The position numbers and the translations under genes were made by a program. The notes beneath the pieces are model-generated. The model worked only from the letters and a program-made list of their open reading frames with translations, was not told the origin of the DNA and made no database searches. Shown here in pieces: positions 45,201 to 57,200 of a stretch of DNA of 64,000 nucleotides; within the stretch, counting starts at the first letter, position 1, and every line of letters begins with the position of its first letter. Origin of the DNA: Sphaerodactylus townsendi. Lineage: Eukaryota. The stretch spans positions 53,196,001-53,260,000 of the forward strand of contig NC_059437.1 in NCBI RefSeq assembly GCF_021028975.2, in the 5' to 3' direction.

Positions 45201-48200
45201 GGCATATTTACGTAAGAGCAATGAGCATTCCTGGGCTAGAGGAGGGGAAAATGTTGTTTGGCAAGTGACATGAACCTGGAATTCTTCCTGTAGCTGACCT
45301 CAGCAACGGAGCTGTGAAAAAGGAGGCGCCAACTAAAGAAGTAGCAAGAATATGGATCAACGATGTAAAAATGAGGAGCTTTTCTCCTACAATGGTAGGT
45401 GCATCTTCCAGCTGCTGCATAACAGAAATCAAGTTAGGGGTGAAATGGTCTGTGCGCATTGGATTCCAGAATACAAACTGAGGTCATTTCGGGTGTTTGT
45501 CATTGTGGTTCAAACTGTGGTGTTTTTATAAGTGCTTAATGTTTAACTGTAGTAACTAGGCAAGACCATTTCTGAGCCTGTTAGTGCTGTTTGGACCGAA
45601 GATGCCTACTTTAAGTCAGTGATTGTGGCCTATGTAGAATAGAATAGAATAGAATAGAATCTTTATTGGCCAAGTGTGATTGGACACACAAGGAATTTGT
45701 CTCCGGTGCATATGCTCTCAGTGTACATAAAAGAAAATACATTTGTCAAGAATCATAAGGTACAGCACTTAATGATTGTCATATAGGTCTAGTAAGCAAT
45801 CAGGAAACAATCAATAGTAATAAAAACATAAAATGTAAAATCATAAAATAAAATGAAATGTCAGCACAGGCTATAGTCATACAGTCATAATTGGGAGGAG
45901 ATGGGTAATAGGAATGATGAAAAAAGTAGTGCAGTAATTATATAATAAATATATAATAAATAGTTTGACATTATCGAGGGAATTATTTGTTTAACAGAGT
46001 GATAGCGTGGGGAAAAACTATTATTCTTATGTCTAGTTGTCTTGGTGTGCAGTGCTCTGTAGCGGCGTTTAGAGGGTAAGAGTTGAAACAGTTTATGTCC
46101 AGGATCTGAGGGAGGGTCAGTAAATATTTTCACAGCCCTTTTTTTGACCATTGCAGTATACAGGTCTTCAATGGAAGGCAGGTTAGCAACAATTGTGTTT
46201 TCTGCAGTTCTGATTATTCTCACAAGTCTGTGTCGATCTTGTTGGGTTGCAGAACCAAACCACACAGTTATAGAGGAGTTACGGATGACAGACTCAATGA
46301 TTCCTCATGGGAACTGTATCCGGCGCTCCTTGGGCAGTTTGAGCTTCCTGAGGTTGGCGCAGAAAGAACATTCTTTGTTGTGCTTTTTTGCAGTGACATT
46401 TTTGATATTAGGTGTATTTTAGGTCATGAGATATGATAGAGCCTAGAAATTTAAAGGTCTCTACTGTTGATACTGTGTGTTGTCTAGTATTGTGAGAGGG
46501 AGGTGGGATGGGAGGGTTTCTCCTGAAATCTACCACCATTTCTCTGGTTTTAAGTGTGTTCAGTTCTAGATTGTTCCAGTGGCACCACGAGGCTGGATTG
46601 TTCAACCTCCCGATCTGTATCTTGGTTCATCGTTGTCTCGAATGAGACCAATGACTGTTGTATCATCTGCAAATTTCAGTATTTTAACAGATGGATCATT
46701 TGAGGATACCGGTCATTGGTATACAGAGAGAAGTGAAGTGGTGAAATTACACATGCCCAGGGGGGCCCCTATGCTCATTGGGTGTCTGATGTAACTTTTC
46801 CTCGCTTCACCTTCTGTTTCCTATCTGTCAGGCAGCTTGTGATCCGCGACACAAATATGCTCCAGGTACTGCTAGCTGATTTGTTTTAGTTAGAAGAATG
46901 TCCGGTCTGATAGTATTGAATGCTGAACTAAAAGTCAACAAAGACTGCACCCTTGCATAGGTCTTTGGCGATTCAAGATGCTGTAGGATATAGTGCAAAG
47001 CCATATTAACAGCATCATCACAATAGAATCTATTTGCTCGGTATGCAAATTGCAAGGGGTCCAACAGTGGATCCGTGATGGTTTTCAAATGGTACATCAC
47101 TAGCCTTTCAAAAGTTTTCATAACTACAGATGTTAGAGCAACTGGTCTGTAGTCGTTCAGTTCCTTGATGCAAGGCTTCTTCGGCACTGTATAGTGGTAG
47201 AGAATGTTAGCAGGGTGTTCTTTTGTGGTAATCCTGGCTCACCCAAAATGGAGTACTTAATGACTGGCATGTAGCATGATAGGTCCGTGCACTGTGTGCT
47301 TGATTCATCTGAATGTTTGATTCAGTGTGCACAATTCCATAAATACTCCTCTGCTCTTTTCCCATCCCTCCGCTTCCTTCCCTATCCCCCCCCCCCCCAG
47401 GTCTTTTCCCCTCCCCATCTCCCAGCCTGCCATGTTAGAAAACAGTCTTAATGATTCATGGGATACAGAGTCTTAGGAGAGGGTCCCCTGTGGGGGTATC
47501 CTCTTTATTCAAAACCACAGGGAAATCCTATGATGCTAGTGTTGTTGGTCTAATGGTAGATATTTGTTATTAATGTTTTTATTTTACTTAAGGGGTTGAT
47601 TATTAGACTAGAATGTTATTGTTTCTACTGTTATATTGTATGATGATATTGTTGTTCGCCGCCCTGAGCCCAGCTTGATGGGATAGGGCAGGATAGAAGT
47701 TTAAAGTAAAGTAAAAGTTAAGAAAGTAAAGCACTTCTATTTGCTGCAGAAAGTGCCAGTAACAAAAGAAGAAGATGAACCTGAAGAGGAGGATGAGGAA
47801 GAAATGGGCCATGCAGAGACTTATGCAGAATACATGCCAATAAAATGTAGGTGTTTTTTTTTCCTGTGGGGAAATTATTCTTTACTTATTGCACAGGTAA
47901 TTGAACTTGGGTCCACAAGAGTGTTTCTACAAACAGAACTATTCCCCCTCAGGGGTGCTGTGTGGTTTCCGGGCTGTATGGCCGTGTTCTAGCAGCATTC
48001 TCTCCTGACATTTCGCCTGCATCTGTGGCTGGCATCTTCAGAAGATCTGATGGTAGGAAATCCTCTGAAGATGCCAGCCAAAGATGCAGGCGAAACGTCA
48101 GGAGAGAATGCTGCTAGAACATGGCCATACAGCCCGGAAACCACACAGCACCCCAGTGATTCCGGCCGTGAAAGCCTTCAACAATATTCCCCCTCACCTC

Positions 48201-51200
48201 TGCTGGTGTTTCCCAAAATGCTGTGCTTATAGGGTTCTATATCCTTTTAAGGGCAGCATTGGGGGTGGGGGTCATTTTGGGATATGAGGGAAGGGAAGAA
48301 AGCCGTTCTCCATAGCTGTTATTTTTGTATATGTGGATGCATTCCAGTGGATCCCATCCATAAATGATGACATTTGTAGAACAAAAATTATCCAGGTGTG
48401 TTCCTGGTAAATAGAGGTCGAGAGTGGGTCTCGATATGCTTCTGTCAGTTCGAACATTGATACTAAAATGGGATGATTTTTGGAATGTTTTAACTCCATG
48501 ATACGCTTACTGGCTTGGTTGCTGTTATGTTTCTGCTGAAGTGAAGCGTGTGTGTTTGTAGTGTTGTTGTTCTTTTAATTGCTTTTCATAACTGATGGAA
48601 ATTAAATTGGATGCTCAAGTAGGCAGCTGGAACTGTCTAATTATAGTCCTCTTGTGAGCAAAAACTTGCTCTGGGAGACATTACAAGTTTTCTATGTCTG
48701 TGAAACAGCTTGTGATAGGACATTGTGTGGAATATTGATGGCACTAATCCTCTTTTCTCCCCCAAACAGTAAAAATTGGTCTACGCCATCCAGATCCAGT
48801 GGTAGAAACCAGCTCACTCTCTAGTGTTACCCCTCCTGAAGTTTGGTATAAATCTTCAATCCCTGAAGAGAGTATTGATAGTGGCTGGCTGTCAGCATTG
48901 CAACTGGAAGCTATCACCTATGCAGCCCAGGTATGTTGCAAGACACTTGAATGCTTTGGTGTGCTTCAGGGACATCAAACTCTTTTGTTGTAAGGGCTGG
49001 ATAGGACATAGATGTGATTTGGTTGGGCCAGTCCGCCTTGGTTGGTGAGCTCCCAGCAGGCACACCAGCCCAGATCAGCATGGGGGGGAGGGGGCTGCCT
49101 CAGCCTGTGATCTTCCAGTAGGCTCACCAGCCCAGGACAGAACCTCGAGAAGATTTATCAGGTCCATGAGCCTTTAATCTTTAAGCAAGCCTTTATTGGC
49201 ATAGACAACCATACAACAATAATAAAAAAACGGATTAAAAAGCATATACAAAACAGGAAATAAATGTTAGGTTGAAGGAAATCTACTGGCGTTTGGTAAT
49301 TTCCAGGAGAAAGTCTGCCACTATCATACAGAGTAGAAGGATCAGGGTTGTCCAACAAGTAGTGTAATCTAATTAAATCGGGGAGATCGGGTAAATGTAA
49401 AGGAGTAAGATTCACATACTTGGATCTGATTTCCTTGAATCTGAGACAGTGTAGTAATTGGTGGGCCAGAGATTCAACTGAGCCATCGTTATATGGGCAC
49501 AATCTTTTAGCCTTTTCTTGCTTATTAAATCTGCCATGCAACAAGGCAGAAGGCATAACATTAAACCTGGCGAGCATTATGGCTCTCCTTTGAACGGGGT
49601 TTATTAAGCAATACAGGTAGTGTGCCAAGTGGCCCCATTCAAATGGGAGAGAAAAATACAGGGGGGAACATGTTTTCTTGGCTGTGGTGATTAGGGTAGG
49701 TCCATGAGCCAATGGCTCGTGGGGGGTGGGGGTGGGGAAGGGACCATGCCTGATCTGGCTCATGGGCTTGATAAGCCTTCTTAAGGGGTTGAATCCAGCC
49801 CCCGGTCTGTATGTTTGACACCTCTGGTCTGCTTGGTAACTAAATCTCTTAGAACTTTTTGGCAAGTAAGTCAGAGGGGGCCATGATGTCTGAATCTGTC
49901 CAATACTGTGTAACTTTCTGTTTCAGCAACATGAAACATTCCTACCCAATGGAGAGAGGGCTGGCTTCTTGATAGGCGACGGTGCAGGTGTGGGGAAAGG
50001 AAGGACCATAGCTGGAATAATCTACGAAAACTACCTCTTGGGTAGAAAGAGGGCAGTGTGGTAAGTCAGGAATGGCAAACACAAGCATCATGAGCTCTTG
50101 CAATCAAATGTGTACATCTTCATGGTTGTGTTGTTTGCCGTCTCCCAGGTTTAGCGTTTCAAACGACCTGAAATATGATGCGGAAAGAGATTTGCGAGAT
50201 ATTGGAGCAAAAAATATTTTGGTTCATTCACTAAACAAGGTATGGAGATTTTTAAACTATGTACCATCAAGGCAGAAACATCAGGTGATCTAGTCCTTGT
50301 GCCATGTGCCTCTGAACTTAGAATTGCTTTACAGTTCTTTGCGTTCATTCAGAGGTGTGGCGATCTACTCCCATTGGAACATAGTGTTTTCAATGTTAAA
50401 GGGTATAAATCTTTGAGGGCTGTTTTCAGACATTCGGTGGGCTTCATCACCTTTCTAATTGAATGAATGGCCATTTTCATACCTGCCAAATCCATTGCCG
50501 ATGTTGTAACAGTAACTTGGTGGTGTTCCTGTAATGGCTGGTGTGCCAAGCAGACATGAAACATGCTGCAAACAAGCCAGTGCCATTGAGGCTGGTGGAA
50601 TTTCCACGCCAGGTTTGGGGCACCTTCCACCGGGGATTGCACTAGCACAGGTTTTTTTTTCTCCCAAAAGTTGGATACAGCCCTTTTTCCAGCTTTGACA
50701 GCCATGGCTCCTGCTGTCTTTACCCAAGCCATTGTAATGGTGATTTAATTAGGGATTTTCTCCAGTTCTCTGAATGGGGGGGCGGGCTACTTCAGACTCT
50801 TCCCTCCTCCCCATTAGGCTGTTCCTTTATGATGCGGAGACCAAAGGTCACTGCCACCAGGGTTTTCCAGCCAGTTCTGTGCTGTTCGCTTTGTATTGAC
50901 GTGCATATTGCTTGGCAATAATCCTGGTACAACTCTGTTTTTACTGCAAGAGGAGAGAAGCTTTAGGTTTACAAGAAGATTACAAAGTTTTGATGTCGTG
51001 CCTGTTATTCTTGGGCCAGTAACCGGGATGTCTTTGGCAGTAATTTAATCTTGTTTCCATTTTAGTTCAAATACGGGAAAATCTCTTCCAAGCATAATGG
51101 AAGCGTGAAGAAAGGTGTCATTTTTGCAACTTACTCTTCTCTTATTGGAGAAAGTCAGTCTGGTGGTAAATACAAAACTAGACTTAAGCAGCTTCTTCAT

Positions 51201-54200
51201 TGGTGTGGAGGTGACTTCGACGGAGTTGTATCTTTTCTTTGGCCTTGTTTTGTCTATTTTGCCACCCAGCCACAGCTGATTTGTGGGGGTCTCTTAGGGC
51301 TTTCAAGGCAAGCAGTGTTCAGCCATGGTTCGCCATTGCCCAGCTCTGAGTCGCAACCCTGGTATTCCTTGGGGGTCTCCCATCCAAATACTGACTAGGG
51401 CTGACCCTGCATAGGGTCTGAGATCTGACAAGATCAGGCTAGCCGGGACAGGTTTTGTTGGGTAGCTAGGTGCAATAATGGTCACTTCCCTCCTTGAAAA
51501 TTGTGTGCTGTGATATAAACCAGCTGCCAAACTTCACATCAAGTGTTCATTCTTTGCTAATTTTTAAGGAGACCAAATGGTTTTAGACTTTTATTGCGCT
51601 GTTCATTGTATAATGCTGTTTTAAGTGGAAATATTGATGCATAAATGTATTAAGTATCCAGGCTTATCTAGATCTTGGGCAGGGTACTTCTCAACGATGT
51701 AATGCTTCTGAACATAGCAAAACTGTTTACTTTCAGGTAAAACTAGCACCAGGCTTAAACAAGTCTTATTAATTAACAGACAGTTTTGAAATACAAATGT
51801 TGGGATGTTCTGTTCCTTAACGATATGTTCAGATCGTATTTGATGAATGTCACAAAGCTAAAAATCTTTGTCCTGTTGGCTCCTCAAAACCAACCAAGAC
51901 AGGTTTGGCTGTTTTGGAGCTGCAAAATAAACTTCCAAAGGCCAGAGTGATTTACGCCAGTGCCACCGGTATGTACTACCATATATTTGCACCAAGTGCG
52001 TTGAATTTTTTTGTTGCTATCTATGATCCTTATGAGTGTTTGCTTTTAGGTGCTTCTGAGCCTCGTAATATGGCGTATATGAACCGTCTTGGGATATGGG
52101 GTGAAGGAACCCCATTTCGGGAGTTCAGTGACTTTATTCAGGCTGTTGAAAGAAGGTAAGTTCCTGAATCTGCCTGGCAGTTCCATTTACATAGGAGAGG
52201 AGGGTGCGTAGAGTACATGCTTCACATGCAGGGGCTGTGAGTTACAGTTATGAGCAAAAGGAATATGGGGAGCAGGCCTCAGAAGTCTGCCTGAGGCCTT
52301 CAGTTAGCTGGGCTTGGGCAAGGTACCCCAGCTGTCTGGCTCAAAGTGCAGCAGTTCCTCTGAAGTTGCTGATGACTTCTGAAAAGATCTTCCTCTCTGA
52401 CATTTTTCAAAGGAAGGTGCTTGAGATTTGAGCTTCCTGCTGTGTAATGTCAAGGGGCTAGCTGCAGCTGTGCAAAAATCACTTGCTAGATCTATAGCCT
52501 TATGCAAAGTGTTCATAATGTGCTAGCATCTACTTGTATTAAAGCAGTCTTAATGGTTAAAAAATTAACTTGATTTATCCTGTCTCTGTCTTCAGAGGTG
52601 TGGGTGCCATGGAAATAGTTGCTATGGATATGAAGCTAAGAGGAATGTACATAGCAAGGCAGCTGAGCTTTTCAGGTGTGACCTTCAAAATTGATGAAGT
52701 TCAGCTTTCTCCGCACTATGTTAAAATGTATAACAAATCTGTGAAACTGGTAAGTTTATTTAAATATATGGCATTTCACATTGCATGCCACGATCGGAAT
52801 ATTTAAGCTCAGTGGGATCTAATTTGTAGTTTTTGTGCATAAAGCTTTCTAGCAATCTGGTAATTCAGATATGTGGCTATTTCCTTGTAAAACTTGCTTT
52901 CTTATCTAAAACATTTATACCTAATCTCTTCGCTGGATGCTGTCAAGGCATTATGCAGCAATGAAAACAATTAGTGCACTAACAACTATAGTAAAGTAAC
53001 CACACTATTATAGTTGAAGTAAAAAATCAATAAAGAACATTAGTAGAGTCATAAAGAACATAGGAAATAAGCATCAGAAGAGGTGAATAGGTCAAACAAA
53101 CCAAACCCAGACAAAAAAGTGCAAATTAGGACACAACCTGGAGGAGTTTTCCATTCAAGCACGTTTAGGGTGGGAGGCAAATCACTACAAAATAGTTCCC
53201 ATAGAACAATGATGGCGAACCTTTTCAAGACTGAGTGCCCAAATTGCAACTCAAAACCCACTTGTTTATCGCATAGTGCCATCACGGCAATTTAATCTGA
53301 ATACTGAGATTTTAGCTTAGGAACACGTTCCTCAGGAGTAGGTGAAGCAACCGTGCAACTCTTCAAATGGGTTAATCACGACTGTAGGAGGGTTTACTCA
53401 GAAGCAAGCCCCATTGCCAGCAACCGAGCTTACTCCCAGGTAAACAATCGCACCCAGGCCAGCCTAGGGGTGTGTGTGTGTGATTTTCTGCACCTCCACA
53501 TGACGGACTCTGTGCACGCGTGCCCACAGAAAGGGCTCTGAGTGCCACCTCTGGTACCCGTGCCATAGGTTCGCCACCGCTGCCATAGAATGGTCAGTGA
53601 CCAGTTCAGTACCCTGTCCACACGCCTCTTAAGAGGTGGCTTTGGGTGTGACTTCTGTTGTCCTAACAATCTCCATGCAGATGTAGGCATTAAAGCTACT
53701 TCTGTGTAGCGTAAGTTGTGTTTGTATCTACCAGCTTCTGGTATCTGGGCAAGGCTTCTTGCTAGGACAGAGAATATCAGAGTGAGTGGAATGTATCCTT
53801 GGGATCTAACCAATTCTTCGTTTGTCTAAAGTGAACTCCCTGTTCCTCAGTAGGCACAGACAGCCATCGTGTGCTTTACGGCAGTGGTTCTCAAACTGCG
53901 GGTCATACGGTCAGAAGAGAGGAGGAAGAGCAGGATGAGCTGGCAAAGGTGGCTTTGGGAGACTTAACAGCAAACCTGAGTTTGCTTCTCTGCAGTGTGC
54001 AAACTGCTTCTGAAATACAGCCTCTTTGTCTCTAATGTTGTGTATAAAGTACTGAGCATGAAAAATAAACTTGTTTGGCTTATAGCTCGCTTTGCATCTC
54101 AGTGAGAAAGATGGACAAGTAAATTAAAACAGGATACAAAAAAAATCGACATGAGTTTGTGGTGGGTTACTAAGGAAGCATCACACTTTTCTTAGCAGTA

Positions 54201-57200
54201 GATCGCCCTTGAAAAGGTTTGAAAACCACTGCCTTTAGTGCATGATCCAGAGTTGTCTGTGTACGCACGCTGGAGGTAGGAAGCCCGTGCAGTAAGCAGT
54301 ATGCCCATCTTCCAGATCTTGATCTTGTGGCTCCTGCTTTGAACTATCTGCTTTGAACCATCTCCTCTGACGATGCCAGCAGAGGTAATGTTGCTTTATT
54401 TTAGTAATGATCTGAAAGCTGACAGAGAACTGTTTGTTTCCAGTGGGTTAGTGCCAGAGAAAAATTCCAGCAATCTGCTGACCTCATTGATGCTGAACAG
54501 CGAATGAAGAAATCTATGTGGGGGCAGTTTTGGTCAGCCCATCAGAGATTTTTCAAATACCTCTGCATAGCATCAAAAGTTAGAAGGGTGGTGCAGCTGG
54601 CCCGGGAAGAGATAAAGAACGGCAAGGTAAGTTTTGCTTGAAAGCGTTTCGCTCTTAGAAAACATGAGAGTGGGGATGGCCCGAGGTGTGGGAGGAACGT
54701 TATATGATCCGTATATTTTGAAAGCACCTGAGCTTGAACCCCCTAATATTGTGTATCCATTTATATCTCTAGTGTGTCGTTATTGGGCTGCAGTCCACAG
54801 GGGAAGCAAGAACGTTGGAAGCTTTGGAGGAAGGTGGCGGTGAACTGAATGACTTTGTATCCACAGCAAAGTAAGACAGCTTCCCCACTGAACAGATTGT
54901 GAGGCAGCAAAGTGCTGCAGCAATGTATGGTTCAGCAAAAAAAAAAAATCAAGACAGCCGGTCCTGCTCACTGATTTCTGCTCTAAAAACGGTGGGAGAG
55001 CTGATGCATTGGATCTCATGGATCATTTACTGTGGCACTTTTCCCTGCCACAAGAATTGGGGGAAGGCATCTTTGCACTGTGGGAAAGCTGCTGCCCAGT
55101 CCAGTTTCCACAGTCAGAGTTGCATTCCAAAAGTCACGCATAAAAGTCTGGCAGCGACAAGCCTGAGGGTAAACCAGAAACACAAGTCCAGAGATTCAGG
55201 CCAAGGTCAAGACAGAGCAGATATGTTGTCAAAGGCTTTCACAGCCGGAATCACTGGGGTGCTGTGTGGTTTCCGGGCTGTATGGCCGTGTTCTGGCAGC
55301 ATTCTCTTCTGACGTTTCGCCTGCATCTGTGGCTGGCATCATCAGAGGAGATAGTTCAAAGCAGGAGCCACAAGGTCAGCAGCAATTTGGCATGTTGCTT
55401 CCATGCAGCAATGCCCTTTCCAGCTACTCTCAGGGGTCTGCAACCTGCTGGCAGGGGCTGCTGGGAATTGTAGTCCATGAACATCTGGAGAGCCGCAGGT
55501 TGCAGACCCGTTCTACAGGCAAGACTACTCAGAAGGCTTGTAATTTATTGTCAGCATGTTGTAGGTGTCTTATAGGTAATGTTTTAATGTTATACTTAGA
55601 CATTTTATTGTGTTTTTAACTGGTTTTTAATTATTTTAACTGTTGTAACCCGCCCTGAGCCCTTTGGGATAGGGCGGGATAAAGATATGAAAGCTAAATA
55701 ACACTGTGCGCCTGCCAGCTGCCTCAGACCTGCTCCTGCAAATACTTGTCCTCACTGTCGATGCAGGGCCTGTTCTGGGCTGCCAGGTGCACACTTCGCC
55801 TTCTGACCTGTTCTGCGTGTTCTCCTCTGTTCCCGAGGCTCTGGGGGTGAGGGAGGTGAACAAGCTGGCACCTGCTTTCCACAGCTCTCTCAGAGCTGGA
55901 GGGCTGCAGGGTCACTGCACCGGTGCCTGGCTGTGGGTTCACGTCCAGCCCCACAGGAGCATGTTCCTGGGGAAGAGGGTTTTATAAGATTTTCTCTCCC
56001 TCTCCCCTTGTTTAGCGTAAGCCATATGTAAAATATGGCTTGTATTGTATTATATGTTAATATTAGTTAATATCTGTCTCATCTGGGGTATGTAGAAACT
56101 GGTTTCTGAGGTCTCCACTTACATGTGATTGCCCAATCCGAGTGGGGGGAGGAGGGGGGGCTAAAGGGAATTGTGGAGGTGGTATGGCCGTACGCCAGTA
56201 GGAATGCCCTCCCCAGGGCAGTTACCCCGGCGGAAGAGCAAATTTGTTGGCAGGTGGCTACCAAGGCCTCCTGGGCATGGCACTGAGTGTCGCCTTGACG
56301 CTCCTGTGCCACCGCCATTCCCACTGGTACATCGTGGGCATTCCAAAGGCATGGTCAGGGGCACATTAGTCATCTTCCACCCTGGAATTTCCCTTAGGTA
56401 TGCAGCGCCCCCATAAGCCCATTGAACCCAATGGGGGGCATTTTGACGGTGGGGAGGTTTTCCTTCATATTTTGCTTCCCCATGCTGCCGAAGAGCCCTC
56501 TGGAGATGCTGCAGCGTGGCTGGCCCTGGGTGTCAAAGGCTCTGGGTTGGGCTTCCCAAGTTTCACAGGTCAAAAGCTATAGCTTGAAATTGGCTTAGAA
56601 ATCTGGGAGGCCAATCCTGGTTCTGGAGCAGCTTTTGTGTGGCCTGTTAGGTGTTATACTATTATGTTTTTTGCATCACGGTTGTTGCTCCCCTCCCACA
56701 CACACACATATACACTTGATGGTTTTTAAAGTTCTGCAGAAACTGAATGCTTCAATCCATATTACATAGATATTTGCTGTTATGTCATAATTCAAATATT
56801 ACCATGTTTTGCTGCTATTTGAATGAGCTTTAAAAGAACATGTGGGTTGCCTGCACAATTTCTGCCTCCTCCCCATGACACACAGGGAGCTAATTAGCTG
56901 AGTCACCTGCCTGATCTCTGCCCCCTCCCCCATTATTTAGGGTGAGCTAATTAGTGGCTTCCACATCACAGTTTACCACTACATCTGAACCAGGAAACCA
57001 ACACTTTGTGATTTCCTCAAAGGCTAGATTTTTAGTCCACTGCTGTTAGGAGTTCCATATTTGTAAGGGGTAACTCCAATCATGGCTGGTTGTATCCGTT
57101 ACTTCTAGCCTCATGCCAATATCTGGAAGTAATTCAGATCTGCTTGTTGAAGCTGTTTCTTGAGCTGTGGAGTTCCTAAGAGAGTGGTGGCGAATCTATG

